From a virus (Duplodnaviria > Caudoviricetes): 62,712 nt of DNA. The stretch is taken from positions 1-62,712 of IMG/VR virus record IMGVR_UViG_3300032236_000245. One strand, 5' to 3'. Below the pieces are notes generated by a model. The model saw nothing but the letters and a program-made list of their open reading frames with translations. It did no database searches and was not told where the DNA came from. A program made the translations under genes and the position numbers. Below are positions 9,016 through 17,607 of the stretch, in pieces; within the stretch, counting starts at the first letter, position 1, and every line of letters starts with the position of its first letter.

Positions 9016-9028
9016 TTTCCCCTACCTC

Positions 9029-10594
9029 TTAGCCAATGATCCAAGCTGAACCAGTTGAAAATACCGGGACGTAGTTAGCGCCACCACCACTAGTAATTGT
9101 AGTACCAACAGACGCAGTTCCATATACAACCGCTGCGTCGCTAATAACCGCACGGAGACCCGCGTTACCTGCTGCCGGAGTCGGGAGCGTTGCGTAGGTC
9201 AGAGCCGTGGGGCGGTATCCGCCCGTCACCGGAAACGACATTCGGTTGACGTTGTTGGAACGGATGATTAACTGACTATTGGTTGTCGTACCGAAATACA
9301 CATTACCACCGCTATCAAAGAACATTTGACAGCTATCAGTTCCATTGGTCCCGGCAAACGCATATTGCGTACCCGTGTTCGTGACGTTCGCTTGAACAGC
9401 AGCGGCTCCAGAGAAGCCGGTAACGGAAAGGGCAATACCAGCGGAGGGTGTGTTAACCGTAACAGCACCAGTATTGGTAATCTGAATAGCGCCAGCCGCA
9501 GGTTCCGTCGCGCCGTTTCCGCCAATATGGAAGACGCCGCTGTTCTTAGCGGAGAGCCAGTAGAAAGTACCGCCACCTAAATTAGCCGCTAGCGTTAAGT
9601 TAGCGGAAGCTGTTGAACCACCGGCTAAAAACGCGGTTGAAGAAGAGCCAATACCATTAGCAGTTAGGGCAATACCACTGGAAGGTGCTGTAATCGTAAA
9701 GTTACCAGCATTGTTAATAGTCAAACGCACGCTGTTAAAAGTCATAAGCGCAAGATTATGACTAGTGGTAGTACCGATGATATGAGAAGTGCCTACGGTA
9801 TATCCATATACGCTTGTAGTAACACCATCAGAGACTTGCAACCCAACAACACCAGTATTACCCGCACCCGCAGTGTTGATAACCACTGCTGAACCGTTGC
9901 TAGTTATTGCATTTGTGACATTTAGAGAGATATTAGCGCCAGTAGTGGTGATAGTCGCACCGCCAAATCCATTGACAGTGAATAAGTTGGCACCCAAAGC
10001 ATTTTGAGAAACAAATGAGTAGTCGCCAGTAGTTGTACCAGCGGTAATCTTCAACCCAAACGATGTACCGGCGGTATTCGGGGCCGAGATAAGTTGCGCG
10101 TATGAGTTGGAAGCACCGACAACGGACAGGCCGGTAGTCGCACTCGCCGCGTTTACGGTAAGCGCCGCTCCGGGCGCACCTGCGATTGTTACCGCACCGT
10201 TCGATGCGATAGACAGTGCTTGCGTACCACCCGTAGGCGTACCAGTACCAGTCGTTGCGCCGACAAGGAAGATTAACCCAGCAGAACTATAGAGCTGAGA
10301 GTTACCACCCGCCCACATACCGAGCGATTGTGCGGAACTCACCTGCACCATGTTGTTGTTAGACGTGCTACCGAATCGGGCCATACCACCCGAGAACGAT
10401 ACGTCTAAGAACGTAGCAGGAGACGCGGTACCGATGCCGACAAACGATGCGCCAACTTGAAGTGGTGAACTCGTAGCCGCAAGAATTTGCGCCGGAGTGA
10501 TGTAGTAGTTTGAGCCACTACGAGCAATCGGAATCTGATCGGTAAGAGCTGCTGGAGATCCAGCAGGTAAAGCCGAGATTTTGGTATCAGCCAT
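9029..10594 (-). CDS. Tail/head fibre protein
   Basis: 521 aa, MADTKISALP N-terminus, G/T/S/A-rich beta repeats. Confidence 0.75.
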   Translation of the reverse strand: MADTKISALPAGSPAALTDQIPIARSGSNYYITPAQILAATSSPLQVGASFVGIGTASPATFLDVSFSGGMARFGSTSNNNMVQVSSAQSLGMWAGGNSQLYSSAGLIFLVGATTGTGTPTGGTQALSIASNGAVTIAGAPGAALTVNAASATTGLSVVGASNSYAQLISAPNTAGTSFGLKITAGTTTGDYSFVSQNALGANLFTVNGFGGATITTTGANISLNVTNAITSNGSAVVINTAGAGNTGVVGLQVSDGVTTSVYGYTVGTSHIIGTTTSHNLALMTFNSVRLTINNAGNFTITAPSSGIALTANGIGSSSTAFLAGGSTASANLTLAANLGGGTFYWLSAKNSGVFHIGGNGATEPAAGAIQITNTGAVTVNTPSAGIALSVTGFSGAAAVQANVTNTGTQYAFAGTNGTDSCQMFFDSGGNVYFGTTTNSQLIIRSNNVNRMSFPVTGGYRPTALTYATLPTPAAGNAGLRAVISDAAVVYGTASVGTTITSGGGANYVPVFSTGSAWIIG

Positions 10595-10598
10595 TTGT

Positions 10599-12998
10599 TT
10601 ATCCTAACATTAGATCGCCAGAGGAATTCTCTAGCAAGAATCGGTTGTTGTTCTCAAGCAGCAGATACTGCGCGTACGTAAACGTTTGCAACTGGGTGTT
10701 AGTCAGTACATATGGATAGTACTGAACTACCTGAAGATGCCCGTTCAAATAGCCGTATGCGCCGAGTCGTAATGACGCATCAGCAGCAAAACTATTGCTG
10801 TACGCGGCTGAAGTAGCAACCGTGCCACCATTCAAACAAGCGTTCATGTTGTTTGCAGAAACACTATAAGTGGTCGCCAGCTTAAACGTGTTACCAACCG
10901 TGACTACGTTTGAAGTCAAAACTTGGTTAGTGCCGTCTTGAATAGCGCCTTCGCCATTACTTTGAAATACAATCGCGTAATTGTGATTAGCCGCGCCATT
11001 GTTCAGCGCGGTTCTTGCTACACCTGATGGCGCAATCGTATCGCCGTAGACATACCAACTTCCTTCAGTGCGACCAAAAGAACCAACAATACTAGTTGAC
11101 TCGTTATAGTCATCATTGCTTCTGAGGGTCGCCGTAGCGTACGTGGGTATATATGACGATGCCCATGCTTGCGCTTCAAGTTGAGCGCCCCACACGTACA
11201 CATTATCACCGGCTGTCGCAGTGCCGCCCGTCCAACCTACATAAGTGAACAGACCGTCACCAACGGTGATACCCGTTGATACGGTAAGCGAAACTCGCCA
11301 CCAACCATTACCAACATATTGAGTGGACGCGCCACTGGATCCCGTGGTGTACGTGATCGCGCCAGTGACCAAATTTACCGTAACACCGAGCAAATTAGTT
11401 GCGGTCGTATTGTTCCTAAGCAGTACAGCATTAGGAACAGTCGCGCTCGACCCTTGCCGCATATGCACGCTATACGTGTAAGTGGTACCGGTCGTTATGA
11501 TGTTAGTGGCGTTTAAGAAGTTTGTAGCGACGGATGCTATTGCATACAACGACTGAGTAATGCTTCCGTCCGGAGCCGTAATACCCGTAGCCGTAATTAC
11601 ACCTACGTTAGTCTTGGCCCAAGCAGCGTTTGTGTAATCGCTACCGTACAAAATTTGATTAGTTGATGCGGTCTCTACCAACATTCCGCGAGGAAGACAC
11701 ACGGACGCCGGAGCATTTCCGGTCGATAAGTAGGGTAAAGGGGTCGGATTTGCCGATAGCTGAAAATTCCAGACGTAAATACCACTCACGCCATCGCCAG
11801 TATACGTGGCTGACCCTAGAGCGTTATTTGCATATACAACGAAGTTCGATAACGTCGCATATACATCCGAAATTGTGCAATACCACCAACCATTACCTAC
11901 ATTGGTTACGGTGTATTTAGCAGTGGGCATGCTAGAAGGAAGTACTGAACCATCTATCAAGCTTACGGCAAAAGTATTGCCGCGCCCGTTCAGGCCATAA
12001 CCGCCTACAGTAATGTAGTTACGTCCTGCTGCTTTGACGTAAAACGAGATTGTGTAAGGCTGATACCCACCCGCCGATATGGTGTAGAACCATCCGGGGA
12101 TTGCGAATTGATTAGGTGCAAAAGTAACAATCTGATAGCCGTGAAGAGCGTTAGTAGTACCTTCTACTACTTTAGTGGCTGTCGTAGTACCGTCTGGAGC
12201 AACAGCCGCGTTAAGGACAAGTGTGGAGTCCGAAGCAATCGCGCCGCTATTTCCAAGACCGTTATTGCACCACAGATTTTGCTGACTAAACCTATCCGTG
12301 TAGCATTCAAATCGTGGACCAAAGTACTGACCGTTTGTAGTAGCTATATAAGTACTTGGTGTTGTCTGGTACGTTACCTGTTCACACTGATAACCCCAGA
12401 CAGAAATGGCATCGCCTACAGAAGTAGATGGGTAGCCAAAATCAAATCGCACAGTAAACGAACCCGCAGTCGCAACGTTAACAACGCGAGAGTATCTAAC
12501 CCAATCAGCGGTCAACGTGGACCATGTTCCCGGCTGACCGTTACCGCCACCAACCAACGTACCGGTACCGTTAGCCCACAACCAAGGACCAAAGTTTTTA
12601 CCAACAGCGTTGACTGCGGCTTTGGCATACACGCTTACAATGTAAGTTCCGGGCTGAAGAGTAACAAGTGCTTGTTGGTCCCAACTACTGCTAACACCGG
12701 AATTACTTGTCCACCGTGTCGCGGTTTGTGTTCCATCAGGCGCAATGTCAGCGTTTTCCGCCGCAGTCGCAAACTGAGGGAACCAAGGAGCGGTATTAAA
12801 CGTTTGTGAGCGTTGTGCCAGATTGTTTGGCGCAACCGTCAGCGTACCCGTACTGTCGTAGTAAGTTGCGTTAGTCGAACGCCCAATAGCAATACTAGAC
12901 GGCAATGTAGACATTGCCGTGAAGTTCAAATTGAAAGCAGGGCCACCGCCGCCAGAGGAGGTAGCCCTTGGGAGTCCAAGGCCGAAGCCGAAGCTCAT
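10599..12998 (-). CDS. Fibre/spike protein with carbohydrate-binding and LamG-like modules
   Basis: 799 aa, three APDG...W.R/W.Y...WGxQxE-type repeats; C-terminal LLLEN..LLEN. Confidence 0.75.
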   Translation of the reverse strand: MSFGFGLGLPRATSSGGGGPAFNLNFTAMSTLPSSIAIGRSTNATYYDSTGTLTVAPNNLAQRSQTFNTAPWFPQFATAAENADIAPDGTQTATRWTSNSGVSSSWDQQALVTLQPGTYIVSVYAKAAVNAVGKNFGPWLWANGTGTLVGGGNGQPGTWSTLTADWVRYSRVVNVATAGSFTVRFDFGYPSTSVGDAISVWGYQCEQVTYQTTPSTYIATTNGQYFGPRFECYTDRFSQQNLWCNNGLGNSGAIASDSTLVLNAAVAPDGTTTATKVVEGTTNALHGYQIVTFAPNQFAIPGWFYTISAGGYQPYTISFYVKAAGRNYITVGGYGLNGRGNTFAVSLIDGSVLPSSMPTAKYTVTNVGNGWWYCTISDVYATLSNFVVYANNALGSATYTGDGVSGIYVWNFQLSANPTPLPYLSTGNAPASVCLPRGMLVETASTNQILYGSDYTNAAWAKTNVGVITATGITAPDGSITQSLYAIASVATNFLNATNIITTGTTYTYSVHMRQGSSATVPNAVLLRNNTTATNLLGVTVNLVTGAITYTTGSSGASTQYVGNGWWRVSLTVSTGITVGDGLFTYVGWTGGTATAGDNVYVWGAQLEAQAWASSYIPTYATATLRSNDDYNESTSIVGSFGRTEGSWYVYGDTIAPSGVARTALNNGAANHNYAIVFQSNGEGAIQDGTNQVLTSNVVTVGNTFKLATTYSVSANNMNACLNGGTVATSAAYSNSFAADASLRLGAYGYLNGHLQVVQYYPYVLTNTQLQTFTYAQYLLLENNNRFLLENSSGDLMLG

Positions 12999-12999
12999 G

Positions 13000-13257
13000 T
13001 CAGTAGATCCCGACTAAATTCGTCGCAGTAGTGCCGTTAGCCCAAACCCTCAGAACTTGAACAGGCAAGACAGATCCTGCGTTCACGTTGCTGAACGTCA
13101 CGATGTCGCCGTTGGCCGTGGTGACTTTGATATTGCCAGCCACACCAATGTAGACAACCGCGACGTTCTGAAGGTTTTTATTATCATCCGTCGTAATAGC
13201 AAACGCTCCCGCAGGGTACTGCGGGAACGTCGGGCTATAGTTAGTCTGCTTGCCCAT
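13000..13257 (-). CDS. Small virion protein (spike base-like)
   Basis: 85 aa, VYIGVAGNIKV..LPVQVLRVWANGTTAT. Confidence 0.7.
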   Translation of the reverse strand: MGKQTNYSPTFPQYPAGAFAITTDDNKNLQNVAVVYIGVAGNIKVTTANGDIVTFSNVNAGSVLPVQVLRVWANGTTATNLVGIY

Positions 13258-13270
13258 GACTAACTCCTAA

Positions 13271-13708
13271 TTACGGACCCGTGAAGGAGGTCGGTACGTA
13301 AGTGCCGTCAGAGTTCTTCATGACATATGCGACAACCAAAGCGCCAGCGGTAGCCGCAGTTGCCGTGAAGCTGAGTAACGCATCCGTCGAACCAACGTTC
13401 AGCATCGTGCCGACGTTAGCAGCCGTAACAGTCAGCGTGTTGAGACCCGCAGCGGTCGAAAGCGTACCGATAATCGTACCGCCCACCGTGACGTTCGGGG
13501 TACCCGCAGCGCCAGTCGTCATGTACGCCTGAACAGCAGTAATCGTCGCACCCGCCGGGAGCATCACCGTAACCGCTGAACCCGCGACCAACGTAACCTG
13601 TTGGGCGACAATCGTAGCGCCCACGTTGCGAACCGTACCTGCCGTCGTACCCGTGGTGTTCTTAACCGTACCGAGCAACCACGGACCAAGATGTGTAGCT
13701 AAACCCAT
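13271..13708 (-). CDS. Putative capsid decoration protein
   Basis: 145 aa, MGLATHLGPW N-terminus, directly downstream of the MCP gene. Confidence 0.65.
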   Translation of the reverse strand: MGLATHLGPWLLGTVKNTTGTTAGTVRNVGATIVAQQVTLVAGSAVTVMLPAGATITAVQAYMTTGAAGTPNVTVGGTIIGTLSTAAGLNTLTVTAANVGTMLNVGSTDALLSFTATAATAGALVVAYVMKNSDGTYVPTSFTGP

Positions 13709-13716
13709 TTCAAATA

Positions 13717-13772
13717 CTCCTTATGCACAAGTCGCCACGTCATCGGTGCATCGTCACAAAGGCTGACGTGGC
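13717..13772 (-). ncRNA. Candidate cis-regulatory H-type pseudoknot abutting an RBS
   Basis: 9-bp stem GCCACGTCA/TGACGTGGC; loop ATGCAC pairs with GTGCAT directly 5' of AAGGAG. Confidence 0.5.
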
Positions 13773-13774
13773 TC

Positions 13775-13810
13775 AAAAATTAGTGGGGGGAGAGGTTACC
13801 CCCTCCCCCC
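13775..13810 (-). terminator. Intrinsic terminator after the MCP gene
   Basis: GGGGGGAGGGG-GTAA-CCTCTCCCCCC then ACTAATTTTT. Confidence 0.7.
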
Positions 13811-13816
13811 GTTCGA

Positions 13817-14728
13817 TCAGGTCGAACCCGCCGAACCGAAGACACCCAGTGGGTCACTCCAGCCGAAGCTGTAACGCTCGCGGCTCTTGTAACGCACGTT
13901 GCCCGTGTCGAAGTCGCCGTCCATCGAATTGGAGAGCGGCGTACGCACGAAGTGCTTCAGACCGTTAGGAACGTCCGTCAGGAGGTACCAACCGTTGCTG
14001 TCCGTGAGGAAGTGGTTGACCTTGTAGCCTTCCGGAACCGAACCCATCGCCTTCAGCGCGTTGATGTCGTTGTCGGTCGTGCCAACACGGAGTTCCGTGT
14101 CGAGAAGACGCTTCGCAACGAACATCAGGCCCGGAGGAACGATGAGCTTGCGTGGCTTCGCAGCAATGAGCAGACCACGTTCGTCGGTCCAAGCCGCAAT
14201 CTGAATGACCGCCGCTTCAAGCGAGGTTTCATTCAAGTCAGCCTGAGTTGCAAACGTGTTGCTGTTCGTGCCGCCCGAGACCAACGGGTGAGCCGTCGAG
14301 AACAACGCCACGCCATCGCCACCGACCGCAGCCGCGCTGAAGCCGTTGTTGATGACCGACGCCGCCTTGACCTGCTTCGTGTACGCCATACCACGGGCAA
14401 GAGCCTTGGTGTAACGCTTCGACAGCGAGTCGTACAGGTTGTCCTCAATCGCTTCTTCCGTGATGGAGAAGCCGAGGGCAATGGTCTCGTGGTTGTAACG
14501 AGCGGTCCAAGCTTCCTGTGCGTTGTCGTACTGGATCGCCTGACCTTCGTTCTTGACCGGAGCAGCCGAGAAGCCCGAGAGCTTCGTCTCTTCTTCAAAC
14601 GAACGTTCCGAGGTCTCGACCTCGAACAGTTCCTTATGCTCCTCACCGTAGGAAGCGTACTCAAGACCGAACAGAGCGTTCAGGCCGGGGAGCAGTTCCT
14701 TAAGGAGTTGTGCGCGTGAAATTGCCAT
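13817..14728 (-). CDS. Major capsid protein
   Basis: 303 aa, MAISRAQLLKELLPGLNALFGLEY..RERYSFGWSD; strong codon bias; synteny. Confidence 0.92.
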   Translation of the reverse strand: MAISRAQLLKELLPGLNALFGLEYASYGEEHKELFEVETSERSFEEETKLSGFSAAPVKNEGQAIQYDNAQEAWTARYNHETIALGFSITEEAIEDNLYDSLSKRYTKALARGMAYTKQVKAASVINNGFSAAAVGGDGVALFSTAHPLVSGGTNSNTFATQADLNETSLEAAVIQIAAWTDERGLLIAAKPRKLIVPPGLMFVAKRLLDTELRVGTTDNDINALKAMGSVPEGYKVNHFLTDSNGWYLLTDVPNGLKHFVRTPLSNSMDGDFDTGNVRYKSRERYSFGWSDPLGVFGSAGST

Positions 14729-14741
14729 TGTTAATTACTCC

Positions 14742-15599
14742 TTAGGCGGCGTAGTAGTTGTGAACGCCAAAGTTGAACTTGACCAGAGCTTCCTGACTCT
14801 GAACCAAGACAACCGTAGCGCCGACAGACGGCGTGGTGGTGATAGCAGCGCCAATCGTCAGCGTCGTGCTACCAGTCGTGGTAACAGTCGTTGCTGCCGT
14901 CGTACACGCGCTCACACCAAGCTGCTGAAGCTGGCCGTTGACGAGCTGGAAGATATCCGTGCCGATTGGCACAACGAGACCCACCGGAAGACCCGTCACG
15001 ACAACCGTCGAAGCCGTCGTACTAGAGAACAAGCATGAGTTCGAGATCTGCGTATCAGGGACAAGGCCCATCACACGCAACGCACCGCCCGAAGCAACCG
15101 CAGTCGTCGTCGTGGTCGCGACAATGCCGAGACCCGAGTCGCCCGTAGACGCGCTACCAACCGGCGTATTGACGACGGCGTTCAAGCCGATCATCGCAGT
15201 CGGGATCGACGAGATGGTGTTGCTGCTCGCAGAAGCCACAACCGCCACCTTGAAGACCGTATCCGGGTCATCGCAGACGATAGCCGTGATATCACCAGCG
15301 GTGATACTACCGGGGTAGTACTGCGAGTACAGACGCTGCTTCGTCGTCGGGTTGGTGTAGTAGCAACCGAGGAACACGCCAATGGTGCTCTTGGCGACCA
15401 AAGACGTGCTAGTGGGTGCCGCGACAACATAGCCAGCGTTGGAACCTGCGGTACCAAGCGTGACCAAATCGCCGTAGTAAAGTGCCGTGCCGTAGTTGTA
15501 AGCGATAGGCAAGCTGCGGGTCGAACCCGAAAACTGCTGACCGCCAACTAAGTTAACCGGCTTAAGCCCGTAGGGGGCTGAGATAGTCGGATATGCCAT
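14742..15599 (-). CDS. Capsid-associated/cement protein
   Basis: 285 aa, APYGLKPV..GVFLGCYYT..DDPD pattern, upstream of the MCP gene. Confidence 0.7.
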   Translation of the reverse strand: MAYPTISAPYGLKPVNLVGGQQFSGSTRSLPIAYNYGTALYYGDLVTLGTAGSNAGYVVAAPTSTSLVAKSTIGVFLGCYYTNPTTKQRLYSQYYPGSITAGDITAIVCDDPDTVFKVAVVASASSNTISSIPTAMIGLNAVVNTPVGSASTGDSGLGIVATTTTTAVASGGALRVMGLVPDTQISNSCLFSSTTASTVVVTGLPVGLVVPIGTDIFQLVNGQLQQLGVSACTTAATTVTTTGSTTLTIGAAITTTPSVGATVVLVQSQEALVKFNFGVHNYYAA

Positions 15600-15615
15600 T
15601 GTGGCTCCTTAAAAG

Positions 15616-16071
15616 TTATTTACCGCGCCCGAATGAGACCTGCGTTTTCTTCTCTGAAAAGAGAGGCATACGCTTGTCTTCCTGACGCAAGAACGAGTTA
15701 TCAAGAGCCTCCGTCTGAGCCTGAGCTTGCTTGCGATAATAATCATCGCGTTGCTTCATCAGGTCAGCAGGGGCTTTACAGAGGACAAGACCACCGATCT
15801 CAACGCAGTCGCGGTAGCGAGCGTTCATGGTGGCATCAGACACGTGCATGATCTCTGGAACATCGGATGCCTTGACTGGCTCCCATCCCTCACGACGCTT
15901 GGTTGACTCGTTCTTCGGGTCAGCCATGCCCATGGTGGAGATACGGATGTATCGAAATACCCAACCGGGAACCGGATTAGGCATAGGAAGGGTCTCAGGC
16001 GGACGCCACGTTTCCACGCGGTTATCACTGTCCCTGCTCTCAAGTTCACGTCGAATGCGATTTTCAGCCAT
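15616..16071 (-). CDS. Conserved head-module protein
   Basis: 151 aa, WRPPETL..REGWEPV..IGGLVLCK. Confidence 0.75.
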   Translation of the reverse strand: MAENRIRRELESRDSDNRVETWRPPETLPMPNPVPGWVFRYIRISTMGMADPKNESTKRREGWEPVKASDVPEIMHVSDATMNARYRDCVEIGGLVLCKAPADLMKQRDDYYRKQAQAQTEALDNSFLRQEDKRMPLFSEKKTQVSFGRGK

Positions 16072-17014
16072 TGTTGCTCTCCAGCTTCATAATTTCACGC
16101 GCATATGCCTCAGGTGAGATACCTAACCGTTTGGCTATTGCTGCTTGTGATGCCGTCAGACGGATCTGACGTGGCGCGGTTGACCGCGATGCTGGCGCAA
16201 CGACTGTGCTGCTTCTGCGGGAAACGGGTTCTGACCGTTCCTCCGTACGAGAACTCGGCTCATCTGAGAACTCCTCAGGGAACCGCTTCCTCATCGTTCT
16301 ATCTATCGTCTGGTAGTAGTCGTCGCCGCGAGGGTCTACACCAGATCGGACCAACTTTTCATGCAGACCCAACGCGAGGGCGGTCATCTCCTCGTTAGCA
16401 CCGAACCAAGTGTTTTTCTGACGCCACGCTTCTGCTTTAGCGTCAGGCTGGACTCGGGCCGGTTGTGCCTGTGGTGTCCGTTGTACACCTTCTTCCTGAT
16501 CCTGTAAAGAGGGTCGAAATTGCTTTGCTTCTCGTAACTTAAGCTTCGCCTCAGTCAGGGCCTCCTGCGCGTCCGTCAGACGGTCAGGGTCACCTGCTTC
16601 GTAGGCTTGCTTCAACTTCTCTTTGGCAGTAGCTGCTTCAAGTTCAGCGGATTTGGTGATCTCCGAGGCGAAGATCTTCTCACCTGCACTCAGGCGCTGC
16701 TTAAGTGTTTGATTCTCTTGGTGAATCTGCTGTGCGAAGGCCAATGCCTCCTCACGCTCCCGCGCTGCGCGTTCCTTCTCACGACGCTCGTCGTGCCAGA
16801 CCTTCTTCATCTGGCTGAGGCGCTTCTTGACCTTATCGGAGTACTCCTCAAGGTCGTCCTTCTCCAACTCATCTACCATATCTTTGGGAAGGGGCTGACG
16901 GCCACGGTCAGCTTGCGGGGTGTCATCCACCACTTCAACCTTAAAATCCTCAGGGGACTCTACGGTTACGTCCGGTTTTTCATCCGGAAACTTAAATTCT
17001 TCCAGCTCTGCCAT
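16064..17014 (-). CDS. Capsid scaffolding protein
   Basis: Start MAELEEF; acidic coiled coil, AEAWRQKNTWFG, C-terminal IAKRLGISPEAYA. Confidence 0.75.
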   Translation of the reverse strand: MAELEEFKFPDEKPDVTVESPEDFKVEVVDDTPQADRGRQPLPKDMVDELEKDDLEEYSDKVKKRLSQMKKVWHDERREKERAAREREEALAFAQQIHQENQTLKQRLSAGEKIFASEITKSAELEAATAKEKLKQAYEAGDPDRLTDAQEALTEAKLKLREAKQFRPSLQDQEEGVQRTPQAQPARVQPDAKAEAWRQKNTWFGANEEMTALALGLHEKLVRSGVDPRGDDYYQTIDRTMRKRFPEEFSDEPSSRTEERSEPVSRRSSTVVAPASRSTAPRQIRLTASQAAIAKRLGISPEAYAREIMKLESNNG

Positions 17015-17024
17015 TGCGATCTCC

Positions 17025-17408
17025 TTATGCGCGGCCAATGCCGCGTGGGTCTTCGACCACGGCTTCCACCGTGTCATCGTTAATAATTCGCCATTCGGTT
17101 CCGTGAATCTTCAGGCGGGTACCGGCGTACGCTCGTGTGACCACGAAATCGCCCTTCTTGCACCACGGACCATCGGGGAACCGCTCCTTATCCTGATAGG
17201 CGTTCGGACCCAATGCGGCTACGAACAGAACCACGGTGGTCTGCTCTTCAACGCGCATCGACTCTTCGGCCTTCACGATACGGCTGTCGCCAAACGTGTC
17301 TTCGATCTTCGGAACCATGCACAACAGGTGATATCCCGTTGGCTGCGGAATCTGTTTCGCTTTGCGCGACGCAGCTTCCTTAGTCTCTTCAATGTTGATA
17401 TCACTCAT
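17025..17408 (-). CDS. groES: Co-chaperonin GroES-like protein
   Basis: PTGYHLL..VAALGP..KKGDFV..YAGTRLKIHGTEWRIINDDTVEAVV is a Cpn10 pattern. Confidence 0.85.
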   Translation of the reverse strand: MSDINIEETKEAASRKAKQIPQPTGYHLLCMVPKIEDTFGDSRIVKAEESMRVEEQTTVVLFVAALGPNAYQDKERFPDGPWCKKGDFVVTRAYAGTRLKIHGTEWRIINDDTVEAVVEDPRGIGRA

Positions 17409-17607
17409 CTGCTAATTCCTCATCGTCTGCGACACGCTTCATGGTGTCGTTGATAAAATCAACCATATATCGAAAAACTTCCGCCTGTCCGCAGTACCGG
17501 AAGTAATCGCGTTCATTCATGCCATCCGTCAAACGTTCCTTAATTCGCTCACGCTCTTTAATAAATTTATTGACGATGTAATGTAATGCTCTCGTATCTG
17601 TACTCAT
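17401..17607 (-). CDS. Hypothetical protein
   Basis: 68 aa, coupled to the portal and GroES genes by overlaps. Confidence 0.7.
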   Translation of the reverse strand: MSTDTRALHYIVNKFIKERERIKERLTDGMNERDYFRYCGQAEVFRYMVDFINDTMKRVADDEELADE

